Counted from the stretch's first letter, positions 38,550-51,145 are shown. The stretch: DNA of 64,000 bases from TPA_inf: Saccharomyces (GCA_000146045.2 BK006938.2:992001-1056000); one strand, 5' to 3'. Numbers and translations are program-made. Notes: a model not told the origin generated them from the letters alone.

Positions 38550-39419
38550 TTACATACCTTCATCGGACAAAGGATGTAATTCCTCATCCGGGATCCTCTG
38601 ATGGGTGACTGCTTCCTCCAGGGTGACATCTGAATCGTCCATCAATGGTTTGAACGGAAGAGGATCATCAATGGGTGGGAAGATTCTTCTGTAGAAAAAG
38701 TGTGCCATTATATAACCCAACATAGACCCTAAAATTACATCGACGAAATGATGTCTGTAATCTTGAGTTCTGGATAGAGCAATTAGTGCAGCTCCTAACA
38801 GTGGTAGAAAGGCCACCATTTTTCTCCATAAAGGCATCAACGGTGATTCAGTCAAAAGTTGCCCACATAGCCAGAAGTACAAATAACCCAGTCCTGCAAA
38901 GCTTTCACTTGAATGACCTGACGGAGTTGTCCTAAACCCATCCAACAGACGTTCGTGATTCTTAGTCGTACACACATCTTTTGCAGTAAATAAAGTGTCC
39001 AATGGCAAGCCTTCAACAGGTTGGCAACGATCTAGAAAATCTGGTCTTAGTCTTCCAATCCAATTCTTGATGAAGTTTGTAAAGAAACTCGTACTGAACC
39101 AAGCGAGTGATAAACCAAGGAGAGATGTGTACAAAATAAAAATCAAATGTCTTCTATCGGCCAAAATGGAACCAATTATCAATATGGTTAAAGATGGCAC
39201 GACAAAACTATAAACAAACAACATGTTGTTATTTACACGTTCAGTTGTCGCATAAGGATGCGATATAGTGAGATCGTTAATGTAAAACTGACGTTCGAAC
39301 GGTTGTTGGTAATACACTGGGTAGTTAAGAAGTATCATGATAATGAGCAAAAAGACATCTTCTAATCTCCATTTCGCCCCTATGTTGAAAGGCGTTTTAA
39401 TAAACGAAACTCTGTTCAT
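38550..39419 (-). CDS. DPP1: DPP1, a diacylglycerol pyrophosphate phosphatase of the PAP2 family (289 aa).
   Basis: PAP2 motifs are present: KNWIGRLRPDF, PSGHSS, SRTQDYRHHFVDV. There are six transmembrane segments. Confidence 0.9.
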   Translation of the reverse strand: MNRVSFIKTPFNIGAKWRLEDVFLLIIMILLNYPVYYQQPFERQFYINDLTISHPYATTERVNNNMLFVYSFVVPSLTILIIGSILADRRHLIFILYTSLLGLSLAWFSTSFFTNFIKNWIGRLRPDFLDRCQPVEGLPLDTLFTAKDVCTTKNHERLLDGFRTTPSGHSSESFAGLGYLYFWLCGQLLTESPLMPLWRKMVAFLPLLGAALIALSRTQDYRHHFVDVILGSMLGYIMAHFFYRRIFPPIDDPLPFKPLMDDSDVTLEEAVTHQRIPDEELHPLSDEGM

Positions 39420-39860
39420 TTTGGTCGTTTGCTATGATTTAATTCTGATTCTTTGCCTTTAACAATTGATAACGTGCCCTTTATTGAACTGCTAACTACT
39501 CGAAAAATTGGACACAATTCAGTTTATAGCAGGTGTCCTTTAAGTGATGTTTGCTGATTTCCGAACTGCGCGTATGTTAGTGGACCCTAGATAACAGTTT
39601 ATTCCCTAACGTTTCTAGATAATATATGACAAAAATATACAACCGATCGACAAATTATTTCTAAAATACAAAAAAGTTAGTCGTGAGGTTATCCAACGTT
39701 GGGTTTCTATCTATATATAAAAGCTAATCACCAAACAATTGAGAATCAACGCCGATAACATGATGTACAATTATAGCAGTATACGCCAGGCGTGCTGCAT
39801 TTATTCTTTACCCTGTCATCGTTGACGAATACTTTTTTTTAAAGGGATCGCACTCTAACC

Positions 39861-39871
39861 ACCTGAAAGGT
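39861..39871 (+). promoter_or_regulatory. ZRE-like Zap1 site in the DPP1 promoter (10/11 match).
   Basis: ACCTGAAAGGT compared with ACCTTNAAGGT. It lies ~440 bp upstream of the DPP1 ATG. Confidence 0.4.
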
Positions 39872-40413
39872 ACTATCTGAAAAAGTGTTGACTAAAAACA
39901 GAAGCGCCTTAATAATAGTGCACTACTGGAAAACTATATTTAATGTAAAAAAGAAACTACATTGAATGAAATCGAAAAGTATAATTTCTCTCCGTACCTG
40001 TGACTGATACAATGTAACGATGTAGACTAAGAATAAGATTCTCACTTAAAAGCTGCTATTTCAACTGATTATCTGCAGAGTATGCGATCACAAGACAGAT
40101 CACAACTGTGTTTATCGGACATAATGCTATATTTTTGCTGCGCCAGAAATCGAGTACTAGTTTTTAAATATTTGTTCTAAACGGTCAAACTTTTCGTAAA
40201 AAATGCTATAAGCCGTGTTGTCCCTTTATGAAGAGCTGCTTCTTCACTTGTAAATAGCGAACAAATAAAGAAAACAATCTGCTACCTCTTTGTTAAAGTT
40301 GACCGCCTTGAAGAGAACTGCAAGTCTCTGAAAGTTTTAGCTGAATATTGTCACCTCTTTTAGGATTAACAGTAAGCATATTTTTTTCTTTGAGATTCGG
40401 AAGTAAAATACCC

Positions 40414-40423
40414 TCGGCGGCTA
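40414..40423 (+). promoter_or_regulatory. URS1 (Ume6 site) immediately upstream of ZIP1.
   Basis: TCGGCGGCTA is an exact URS1 core. It lies 13 bp before the ZIP1 ATG. Confidence 0.65.
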
Positions 40424-40435
40424 AATTTTTAGAGA

Positions 40436-43063
40436 ATGTCAAACTTTTTTAGAGATAGTTCAATGGGATTCAAGCCTCGACCAAACATCTTCGCTAAGCT
40501 GAGAGTCAGAGATGTAGATTCAGATTCTTCCGCTAATACTGTTGTCGAGAATTCATCCAACTGTTTAGACGTGGGTTCTTCTATAGAGGGAGATGATACC
40601 TTCAAAAAACCCCACAAAACTTCTACCGAACAAGAACTGATTACAAGTATGAGCCTTAGTCAGAGAAACCATGGTTATTCTGATGATATGGAAATAGGTT
40701 CACCAAAAAAAACAACATCAACAGACCAATACAACAGAATTTTAAAAAATGATGTTGCCGCAATTGAAAATGATACTGATGAAGATTTTGAAATTACAGA
40801 AGTAAGAGAAGTGAGTGAAGGAGTAGCAAAAGAAACGAAAGAAAGTCATGGGGATCCTAACGATTCTGAGACAACTCTCAAGGATAGTAAAATGCATGAA
40901 TATACTATGACAAATGGAAAGGCTCCTTTGCACACGTCCATCAATAATTCTAGTACATCTTCAAATGATGTCCTGTTAGAAGCCTTCACAAACACTCAAA
41001 GAATATGTTCAAATTTAAAGCAAGAGCTACAAAAGCAGCAACAGGATAATGCAAAGTTGAAAGTTCGACTACAGTCGTATGCTTCCAATTCTGATAAGAT
41101 CAATGAAAAAGTCGGAAAATATAAATCTTGTTTAGAAACTCTTCAAGAAAGGATTGCAACGTTGACGAGCCATAAGAATAATCAAGAAACTAAATTGAAA
41201 GATTTAAGACAAAACCACCAACTATATCAGAGAAGGATAAGCGGATTTAAGACAAGTATTGAAAACTTGAACAAAACAATAAATGATTTAGGGAAGAACA
41301 AAAAGGAGGCGGATGCAGAATTAATGAAAAAAGGTAAAGAGATTGAATACCTGAAAAGAGAACTAGATGATTGTTCAGGTCAGTTGAGCGAAGAAAAAAT
41401 CAAAAACAGTTCCTTAATACAGGAAATGGGAAAAAATAGAGAAGAAATGATTAAATCAATTGAGAATTTCTTTTCAGAAGATAAAGCACACCATTTACTG
41501 CAATTTAACAAATTCGAAGAAAGAGTTCATGATTTGTTTGAAAAAAAATTACAAAAGCACTTCGATGTGGCAAAAGATACCCTTAACGTAGGCTTGAGGA
41601 ACACCACTGTAGAGTTGAGTAGTAATACAGAGACCATGCTAAAGCAGCAATATGAAGATATCAAAGAAAATCTTGAACAAAAAATGTCATCCAGTAAGGA
41701 TGAAATGGCAAAAACAATAAATGAGCTGAGTGTAACGCAAAAAGGACTTATAATGGGAGTACAAGAAGAACTATTAACGTCATCAGGGAATATTCAAACT
41801 GCTTTGGTAAGTGAAATGAATAACACAAGGCAAGAGCTTCTTGATGATGCGTCTCAAACAGCCAAAAATTACGCGAGTTTGGAAAACTTGGTGAAGGCAT
41901 ATAAGGCAGAAATAGTTCAGTCGAATGAGTATGAAGAAAGGATAAAACATTTGGAGAGTGAAAGGTCAACTTTGTCTTCACAAAAAAATCAGATTATTAG
42001 CTCTCTTGGTACTAAAGAAGCACAATATGAAGATTTGGTCAAAAAGTTGGAGGCGAAGAATATCGAAATTTCACAAATTTCTGGCAAAGAACAAAGTTTA
42101 ACTGAAAAAAATGAAAACCTTTCTAATGAACTGAAAAAAGTCCAGGATCAACTAGAAAAACTCAACAATTTGAACATCACAACAAAATCAAATTACGAAA
42201 ATAAAATATCTTCTCAGAATGAAATTGTGAAGGCTTTAGTTTCCGAAAACGACACTCTGAAGCAAAGAATTCAACAGCTAGTAGAAATCAAAGAAAATGA
42301 ACAGAAGGATCATACAACCAAACTGGAGGCTTTCCAAAAGAACAATGAGCAGCTACAAAAGCTAAACGTCGAAGTAGTACAACTGAAGGCTCATGAATTG
42401 GAGCTTGAAGAGCAGAATAGGCACTTAAAAAATTGTTTAGAAAAAAAGGAAACTGGTGTTGAAGAATCACTAAGCGATGTAAAAACCCTAAAACAGCAAG
42501 TGATAGTTCTGAAATCGGAGAAGCAAGATATAACAGCTGAAAAGTTAGAACTTCAAGATAACCTCGAAAGTTTGGAAGAAGTCACCAAAAATTTACAGCA
42601 AAAGGTGCAATCGCAAAAGAGGGAATTAGAACAGAAGATTAAAGAGCTAGAAGAGATAAAAAACCATAAACGGAACGAGCCTAGTAAAAAAGGTACACAA
42701 AATTTTACTAAACCATCAGATTCACCCAAAAAAAATGCTACGACGTCCAACTTATTTCCTAATAACTCTGCTGCCATTCACTCTCCTATGAAAAAGTGTC
42801 CTAAGGTGGATCATATAAGTAAGTCAAGAATTAATTCATCCAAAGAAACATCCAAATTTAACGATGAGTTCGATCTTTCTTCATCATCAAATGACGACCT
42901 AGAGTTAACCAACCCTTCCCCAATCCAAATTAAACCAGTGAGAGGAAAAATCAAGAAGGGTTCAAATTGCATGAAACCTCCAATTTCTTCAAGAAAAAAA
43001 TTACTACTAGTAGAAGACGAAGACCAGTCATTAAAAATAAGCAAGAAAAGGAGAAGGAAATAG
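40436..43063 (+). CDS. ZIP1: ZIP1, the synaptonemal complex transverse filament protein (875 aa).
   Basis: A long central coiled-coil (heptad-rich E/K/Q/L) is present. The C-terminus is basic and the length is 875 aa. Confidence 0.9.
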
Positions 43064-43230
43064 AGGATAATGGAAAATTTGAAATCGTTTTGTGCGAATA
43101 CATTTCATTTTGTTCCCTGCGTAAGAAGTATGCATAGTAAAATTAGCGTAGATATAGTTTTTTGAGGTATATACTTATTCATAGCTTATAAATATTTACA
43201 GTGTTGTAACTCTAGTAAAAACAAAAGAGG

Positions 43231-43575
43231 TCATCTAGATTGCATTCTCCTTATTTTATCACTGATATCGTCTTCTTCAAGAAAGTGCAGGATCTTGGTG
43301 CACGACTTAGGATCACCAACTTTCTCAATATGAAGTACTGGTATGTCGAAGCAATATTCCTTCCACCATTTTGCGTTTCTTCGGTCAGTTATGTTGACTA
43401 TCTCTAGTGAAACTGCTTTATTATGAAATTCCTTTCTTTCAAATACATCATCTATCACTTCCTTTGCTTGATCGCATAACCCACAATTAGGCTTTGAGAA
43501 GAAAGTTAATTTCACTCCAGCATCATGTAACAATACCCTCGAAGTATGTATAGAACAGCGGAACGCTCTCAACAT
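43231..43575 (-). CDS. YDR286C: YDR286C, a glutaredoxin-like thioredoxin-fold protein (114 aa).
   Basis: The motif CGLCD lies near the N-terminus. The length is 114 aa. Confidence 0.75.
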
Positions 43576-43994
43576 GGTGATATGTTCCTTAAGTTTTATG
43601 TCTTACTGAATAATTACGAATTTCTGTTATGAATTAAACGAAACTTTACAATGCATCAACTCCGAACTCTCTACGGAAAGGTAACAACTTGCGCACATCA
43701 TAGACCCATAAAGCGAAAAAAAGGGAAGTCAATCACAGTTATATTGACATTCCAAAGCCAGTAACTAAAAAACTACAAAAATGGATTCTCACAGTCATAT
43801 TAAGTGACCTCTTATTATTTCCCTTAAAACGGTAATTCTTAATAAAGAACGTCAGTGTTCCGAGTGATAACGCCGTGAAGCACCCTGCTTCATTACATAT
43901 GAAATCGTGGGGAGAAAAAATCGTGAAAACAATATAGAGAATAAGTGAAGTTGAAGCTCCACAAGCCCTTGTAAAGTAAACTTAGATTGAAGCG

Positions 43995-44873
43995 ATGGTA
44001 TTAACGAGGCAAGTACTAGAGGAAGTGGAGAACACATTTATTGAATTACTTAGGAGTAAAATAGGACCTCTCGTAAAATCGCACGCAGGAACAAACTTTT
44101 GTTCATATGATGATAAAGCAAATGGCGTAGATTTGGTAACTGCTTTAGACAAACAAATTGAATCTATAATCAAGGAAAATTTAACGGCCAAGTATCCCAG
44201 TTTCAAATTTATCGGAGAAGAAACTTATGTAAAAGGTGTCACGAAAATAACTAACGGCCCTACATTTATTGTTGATCCCATCGATGGTACTACTAATTTT
44301 ATTCACGGTTACCCCTATAGTTGTACATCTCTAGGTTTAGCTGAAATGGGGAAGCCGGTTGTTGGTGTGGTTTTCAATCCTCACTTAAACCAACTATTCC
44401 ATGCTTCCAAAGGCAATGGAGCTTTCTTAAATGATCAGGAGATAAAGGTTTCAAAAAGGCCATTGATTTTGCAAAAATCCTTAATTGCTTTAGAAGGAGG
44501 TTCGGAAAGAACTGAAGGTTCCCAAGGAAACTTTGATAAGAAAATGAATACTTATAAAAACTTACTAAGTGAGTCCGGCGCCTTTGTTCACGGGTTCAGA
44601 AGTGCAGGAAGTGCTGCCATGAACATATGCTACGTAGCGAGCGGCATGCTTGATGCTTATTGGGAAGGTGGCTGCTGGGCTTGGGATGTTTGTGCCGGTT
44701 GGTGTATTCTTGAGGAAGCAGGAGGAATAATGGTTGGCGGAAATTGTGGAGAATGGAACATTCCATTAGACAGAAGATGTTACTTGGCTATTAGAGGTGG
44801 ATGTGAGTCGATGGAGCAGAAGCGATTTGCAGAATCGTTTTGGCCTCACGTTGCGGGTGAGTTAGAATACTAA
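43995..44873 (+). CDS. INM2: INM2, an inositol monophosphatase (292 aa).
   Basis: IMPase motifs are present: FIGEE, VDPIDGTTNFIHG, WDVCAG. Confidence 0.88.
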   Translation: MVLTRQVLEEVENTFIELLRSKIGPLVKSHAGTNFCSYDDKANGVDLVTALDKQIESIIKENLTAKYPSFKFIGEETYVKGVTKITNGPTFIVDPIDGTTNFIHGYPYSCTSLGLAEMGKPVVGVVFNPHLNQLFHASKGNGAFLNDQEIKVSKRPLILQKSLIALEGGSERTEGSQGNFDKKMNTYKNLLSESGAFVHGFRSAGSAAMNICYVASGMLDAYWEGGCWAWDVCAGWCILEEAGGIMVGGNCGEWNIPLDRRCYLAIRGGCESMEQKRFAESFWPHVAGELEY

Positions 44874-45194
44874 ATGCCCCCCTCAGGTGTCGTTAAATAA
44901 GCTACATCTAAGAAAAGTTTATATAGTACTTCACGCAATTCCTACTAGTATTTTTTTCCAGTACAGGACGATATCTTGAAGCAGCAACTTGATTTCACAG
45001 GTCACTTAGTGTGGGCTTCTGACTCAAGAATAGCAAGTATTACATGCATGCGGCCCTCTCCTTTAACAGCGCGATATACGTGAAGAAAAATTTCAATGAA
45101 GAGTAATGCGCTTATTATCAACTTCGATTGAAGGGGTCCTATATCAGTATGCTACAAGGGAAGGTTGTTCGATAAACATAAGCTTCTCATTAGC

Positions 45195-46106
45195 ATGAGT
45201 TCTATAGATAATGACAGCGATGTGGATTTAACAGAAGATTTAGCCGTGGCCAAGATCGTTAAAGAGAATCCTGTAGCTAGAAAAATGGTTAGGTATATTT
45301 TATCGAGAGGAGAATCTCAAAATTCGATCATAACAAGAAACAAGTTACAATCTGTTATACATGAAGCTGCTCGCGAGGAAAACATAGCAAAACCGTCTTT
45401 TAGTAAAATGTTTATGGACATAAATGCTATACTGTATAACGTATATGGGTTTGAATTACAAGGATTGCCGTCAAAAAATAATATGAACGCTGGCGGTAAT
45501 GGAAGCAATAGCAATACAAATAAATCAATGCCTGAGCCACTGGGACATAGAGCCCAGAAATTTATCTTGCTAAACAATGTCCCGCACTCAAAAAATTTTG
45601 ACGATTTCAAGATTTTACAAAGCGCTCACACTTATGAAGAGCTAATAGTTACCGGAGAGTATATTGGTGACGATATAGCTTCAGGAACTTCCAATACCTT
45701 AGAAAGCAAGTTGAGTACAGATCGAGATCTTGTTTACAAGGGTGTTTTGAGCGTCATTTTATGCATTGTTTTCTTCTCTAAGAATAACATATTACATCAG
45801 GAATTGATCAAATTTCTAGAGACATTTGGCATTCCAAGCGATGGTTCAAAGATTGCTATACTGAACATTACTATTGAAGATTTGATAAAAAGTTTAGAAA
45901 AGCGCGAATATATAGTCAGATTGGAGGAGAAATCCGATACCGACGGGGAAGTGATATCATACAGGATAGGTAGAAGAACTCAGGCTGAGCTTGGACTAGA
46001 GTCTCTTGAAAAATTGGTGCAAGAAATCATGGGCCTTGAAAAGGAGCAGACTAAAAGTTTGCACGATGATATAATAAAAAGCATTGGCGATTCATATTCT
46101 ATATAG
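45195..46106 (+). CDS. NSE3: NSE3, the MAGE-domain subunit of the Smc5/6 complex (303 aa from the second Met; the track ORF starts 10 codons earlier).
   Basis: A MAGE-like ORF at the syntenic position. Confidence 0.7.
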
Positions 46107-46279
46107 CATTGCATAGGTGTCCATGTAGTTTAGGTGCGCATCTTTTTTGTCGAGGAAATAGTGAAGATGAATACGAAATAAACTATGGGCAAATAGTTAC
46201 GAAAAAAGACTGGACTTAAACGGGTTACTATATATTTGTATAAGTTATCTCCTTGTTTTCTTTTTACTCAACCATCATA

Positions 46280-46649
46280 TTAATTTGCAAGCTTACTTAA
46301 CAAGTCTTGTATACTAGAAGAAACCCCTCCGGAATTCTCAACACCTTCGTCGGTTTGGGCGCCGACGTGGCCTTCTATATCTAACTCATAATGTCCATCC
46401 TCACTGTTGAAAGTACCATCTTCACTCGTCTTCGAATCAAGATGAACCTTTTTTTCCGGTATGTCATTAGCGTCATCATGACCTATCATATCATGTGTTC
46501 GTTTCATACCAAATTGATTGTCACTAGGATTATGAGTAGAGTTTTTATGTTCGCTATCTGTCTTTTCTACAACTTCATTCTTCTTATCTGTGGTGCTAAT
46601 ATTAGTAACGCCATAATTGCTGTCATTGGATCTATCATCGTAATTTTTG

Positions 46650-46680
<31 letters not shown>

Positions 46681-47509
46681 TATCACCATCATCGTCATCG
46701 TCATCTCCATCCCCCACTTCATACGTAGGAATAATATTGTCTTCATCAACGTTTTTATTTAATCTGGATGGGTCTTTAGCAGATAAAACGAATTCTATTT
46801 CACTTAACATATTCTGTTCCTCATCTAGATGCCTTTTTTCATCGTCCAGTGTGCTTTGCAGTTTATGGATACCGCTTTCTCTTTTTAGAATTGATTCATT
46901 TATTATATCTTTAGCCATGTTCCCAATCTTACTTATTGTTTTAAAATTTTCCTCGTAAACTGAGCTGGATGGATCCAATTCATCTGATGATTTGTCAAAT
47001 CTCATTTTCATCGCGCAAACATTATGGTGCATTTTCACTAATTTTTCATAGTCCTTAGCAAAATCTTTCAATTTCTGGGGTAACACCAACGCTTCCACTG
47101 GTGAGCTCTCGGTTTTAAGACTTCTTTCTATGTCATTGACTACCTGCTTGGAAAATATATTTCTTTCTTTTAGTATATTCACAACTCTTGACAACTTCTT
47201 TTTTAGGTCCCTCGGAAACTCTTGATTAATTCTTCCCAATACTTCTGCTGCCACCTTTCCAAAGGAATCTTGAAATTGAATAATTTTTTGACCTTTAGCC
47301 TGTTGAACAACATGATTCATTAAGTAAAGACCCAATAACTTCCTTCTTGTGTTTACACTAGGCCTTAACATGTATTCTTTCCACATTTCTGCCACTTTGG
47401 GAGCATCTCTATACTGTAGAAGCAACCACTTTGAGGCACTGGAAATAGATTCTTGGGAATCTTCCAACGTATTTAATTTGGTTGTGAATTGCTCAGAAGA
47501 GAAAGGCAT
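46280..47509 (-). CDS. RTT103: RTT103, a CID-domain Pol II termination factor (409 aa).
   Basis: An N-terminal CID-like domain is present. An acidic poly-Asp tract is encoded by an (ATC)n repeat. Confidence 0.8.
46650..46703. repeat. (TCA/ATC)n trinucleotide microsatellite: 10 perfect units followed by imperfect units.
   Basis: tcatcatcatcatcatcatcatcatcatca at 46650-46679 continues as an imperfect run to ~46703. It encodes the DDDDDGDNDDDDDDDDDD tract in RTT103. Confidence 0.9.
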
Positions 47510-47727
47510 ACCGTCTATTTTAATCTTGGATTATTGCTTTCTTCAAATTTTCTACCTCTTCGTTAAAACCTTCTTCGCTTGTACTTATATTATTATGTTG
47601 GCTTTTCAAGTTTATATATTTTTAAAGGAAAAAAATAACTTTTTCATTTTTCGTTATAAAACAGAACCGTTATACATATTGAGATGGTTAAGGTCGTAGA
47701 AAAGAAATGTTCATTTGAGAAGGAAAA

Positions 47728-50700
47728 ATGGAGGAAGGACCTATCAAAAAGAAACTGAAGTCAGCAGGTCAAGGGAGTGGAAAGACCGATGCCTTTAGAA
47801 ATTTTGAACAATTTTTTTTCCGCCTTAATACTCTTTACACCTTTTTGATTTGCAGAAAGCATGTTGTGCCTACATTTAAAACACTTTGTGGACCTATAGA
47901 AACTGCTTTGAAAAGAACTGTGACGAAAGAAGACCTAGCCATGGTTATGGCGCTAATGCCAAGAGAATGTGTTTTCAAGTATATTGATGAGAACCAAATT
48001 TATACTGAAACTAAGATTTTTGACTTCAATAATGGCGGCTTTCAGCAGAAGGAAAATGACATATTTGAACTGAAGGACGTTGATGACCAAAATCAGACTC
48101 AAAAATCTACTCAGTTACTTATATTTGAATTTATAGACGGTACAATGCAACGCTCATGGTCTGCAAGTGATAGATTTTCTCAAATAAAGATACCAACATA
48201 TACTACGGAGGAAATGAAAAAGATGATTTCTAAAAGGGAAGCTCTCTTTAAATCCAGACTACGGGAATTTATCCTGGAAAAGGAAAAGGCTAACCTTGAC
48301 CCATTTTCTGAGTTAACAAATCTAGCGCAGAAATATATTCCAAGGGAGAGAGATTATGAGGATCCTATTGAGGCAATGATGAAGGCGAAGCAAGAAAGTA
48401 ATGAGATGAGCATTCCCAATTATTCCAATAATTCAGTGATAACAACAATTCCTCAAATGATTGAGAAATTAAAAAGTACTGAATTCTACGCTTCTCAGAT
48501 AAAGCATTGTTTTACAATACCATCAAGAACAGCGAAGTATAAAGGTCTCTGTTTTGAGCTTGCACCGGAAGTATATCAGGGTATGGAACACGAAAATTTC
48601 TACAGCCATCAAGCAGATGCGATAAACAGTCTTCATCAAGGCGAAAACGTCATTATTACAACATCGACCTCTTCAGGTAAATCCCTTATTTACCAACTAG
48701 CAGCTATCGATCTTCTTTTAAAGGATCCTGAATCAACGTTTATGTATATATTTCCAACAAAGGCCCTGGCACAAGATCAAAAAAGAGCATTCAAGGTAAT
48801 ACTTTCAAAGATCCCCGAGCTAAAGAATGCCGTGGTTGATACGTATGACGGCGATACGGAGCCAGAGGAAAGAGCTTATATTCGTAAAAATGCTAGAGTT
48901 ATTTTTACCAATCCTGACATGATACATACCAGCATTTTACCTAATCATGCAAATTGGAGACATTTTTTGTACCATCTAAAGTTAGTGGTGGTCGATGAAT
49001 TGCATATATATAAGGGTTTATTTGGATCGCACGTGGCATTAGTGATGAGACGTTTACTAAGACTGTGCCACTGTTTTTACGAAAATAGTGGTTTACAATT
49101 TATTTCATGTTCTGCAACTTTAAAGTCTCCAGTACAACATATGAAGGACATGTTTGGAATTAATGAGGTTACGCTAATACACGAGGATGGCTCACCTACA
49201 GGTGCTAAGCATCTAGTGGTGTGGAATCCTCCAATTTTACCTCAACACGAACGTAAACGAGAAAATTTCATTAGAGAGAGTGCAAAGATATTGGTACAAT
49301 TGATATTGAACAACGTAAGAACCATAGCATTTTGCTACGTTCGTCGTGTTTGTGAATTGTTGATGAAAGAAGTTCGCAATATTTTTATTGAAACTGGGCG
49401 TGAGGATCTGGTTACAGAAGTCATGTCTTACAGGGGTGGTTATTCTGCTTCCGACAGACGTAAAATAGAACGTGAGATGTTTCACGGAAATTTAAAGGCT
49501 GTCATATCTACCAATGCTCTAGAACTTGGTATTGATATCGGTGGACTAGACGCAGTCTTGATGTGCGGTTTCCCACTATCAATGGCGAATTTTCATCAAC
49601 AAAGTGGTAGAGCTGGAAGAAGAAATAATGATTCTTTAACCCTCGTGGTTGCAAGTGACTCGCCTGTTGATCAACATTATGTTGCTCATCCAGAATCCTT
49701 GCTGGAGGTTAATAATTTCGAATCTTATCAAGATTTGGTTCTTGATTTCAATAACATTTTGATACTGGAAGGACACATACAATGCGCTGCTTTCGAACTG
49801 CCAATAAATTTTGAACGTGACAAGCAATACTTTACTGAATCTCATCTTCGCAAAATCTGTGTTGAACGCTTACATCACAATCAAGATGGGTACCACGCCA
49901 GTAATAGATTTTTACCATGGCCGTCCAAGTGTGTATCTTTGAGAGGCGGAGAAGAAGATCAATTTGCCGTAGTGGATATAACAAATGGAAGAAATATAAT
50001 AATTGAGGAAATAGAAGCATCCAGGACTAGTTTTACTTTATATGATGGCGGTATATTCATTCACCAAGGCTATCCCTACCTTGTGAAGGAGTTTAATCCT
50101 GATGAAAGATATGCTAAAGTGCAAAGAGTAGATGTTGACTGGGTAACCAACCAAAGAGACTTTACAGATGTAGATCCACAGGAAATTGAACTTATACGCT
50201 CTTTAAGGAATAGTGATGTTCCTGTTTACTTTGGTAAGATCAAGACTACAATTATTGTATTTGGCTTTTTTAAAGTAGACAAGTACAAGAGGATCATCGA
50301 TGCCATCGAAACCCATAACCCTCCTGTAATAATCAATTCTAAAGGATTATGGATAGATATGCCAAAATATGCCTTAGAAATTTGCCAAAAGAAGCAATTA
50401 AATGTAGCAGGAGCTATTCACGGGGCGCAACATGCAATTATGGGTATGTTACCGCGATTTATAGTGGCGGGTGTGGATGAAATACAAACTGAATGCAAAG
50501 CTCCGGAAAAGGAATTTGCAGAACGTCAAACTAAACGAAAGCGACCAGCTAGATTAATATTCTATGATTCCAAGGGCGGTAAGTACGGGTCTGGCTTGTG
50601 TGTTAAAGCGTTTGAGCATATTGATGATATTATAGAGTCTAGTTTAAGAAGAATAGAAGAATGCCCATGCAGCGATGGATGTCCTGACTGTGTAGCGGCT

Positions 50701-50961
50701 TCTTTTTGTAAGGAAAACAGCCTGGTCCTGTCGAAACCTGGCGCCCAAGTCGTTTTGCATTGTATTCTAGGTCACTCGGAAGATAGTTTTATAGATCTTA
50801 TCAAAGATGGTCCAGAGCCAAATATGCCAGAGATAAAAGTAGAGACTGTTATTCCTGTGTCAGAGCATGTCAACTTTTCAGATGATTTTAAGATTATTGA
50901 CGTTAGAAGAGCTACGAAAGACGATACTCATACAAATGAAATCATTAAAAAAGAGATATGA
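47728..50961 (+). CDS. HRQ1: HRQ1, a RecQ4-like 3'-5' DNA helicase (1077 aa).
   Basis: The helicase motifs I (TSTSSGKS) and II (VVVDELH) and motif VI (QQSGRAGRR) are present. Confidence 0.9.
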   Translation: MEEGPIKKKLKSAGQGSGKTDAFRNFEQFFFRLNTLYTFLICRKHVVPTFKTLCGPIETALKRTVTKEDLAMVMALMPRECVFKYIDENQIYTETKIFDFNNGGFQQKENDIFELKDVDDQNQTQKSTQLLIFEFIDGTMQRSWSASDRFSQIKIPTYTTEEMKKMISKREALFKSRLREFILEKEKANLDPFSELTNLAQKYIPRERDYEDPIEAMMKAKQESNEMSIPNYSNNSVITTIPQMIEKLKSTEFYASQIKHCFTIPSRTAKYKGLCFELAPEVYQGMEHENFYSHQADAINSLHQGENVIITTSTSSGKSLIYQLAAIDLLLKDPESTFMYIFPTKALAQDQKRAFKVILSKIPELKNAVVDTYDGDTEPEERAYIRKNARVIFTNPDMIHTSILPNHANWRHFLYHLKLVVVDELHIYKGLFGSHVALVMRRLLRLCHCFYENSGLQFISCSATLKSPVQHMKDMFGINEVTLIHEDGSPTGAKHLVVWNPPILPQHERKRENFIRESAKILVQLILNNVRTIAFCYVRRVCELLMKEVRNIFIETGREDLVTEVMSYRGGYSASDRRKIEREMFHGNLKAVISTNALELGIDIGGLDAVLMCGFPLSMANFHQQSGRAGRRNNDSLTLVVASDSPVDQHYVAHPESLLEVNNFESYQDLVLDFNNILILEGHIQCAAFELPINFERDKQYFTESHLRKICVERLHHNQDGYHASNRFLPWPSKCVSLRGGEEDQFAVVDITNGRNIIIEEIEASRTSFTLYDGGIFIHQGYPYLVKEFNPDERYAKVQRVDVDWVTNQRDFTDVDPQEIELIRSLRNSDVPVYFGKIKTTIIVFGFFKVDKYKRIIDAIETHNPPVIINSKGLWIDMPKYALEICQKKQLNVAGAIHGAQHAIMGMLPRFIVAGVDEIQTECKAPEKEFAERQTKRKRPARLIFYDSKGGKYGSGLCVKAFEHIDDIIESSLRRIEECPCSDGCPDCVAASFCKENSLVLSKPGAQVVLHCILGHSEDSFIDLIKDGPEPNMPEIKVETVIPVSEHVNFSDDFKIIDVRRATKDDTHTNEIIKKEI

Positions 50962-51145
50962 GCACGCTATTTGTAGTTTGTAAACCGAATATAAATACTC
51001 TATTCTACTACTTGTAGATTCACTTGGTGGAAAGAAGTTACATCAACATTCTGTCACCTTGTTGATGCACAGAAAAAAAGACACTTTATTATTGTTGAAT
51101 AACATTGTCTGTGGTATATATATATATACTATGATATTACAGTTT

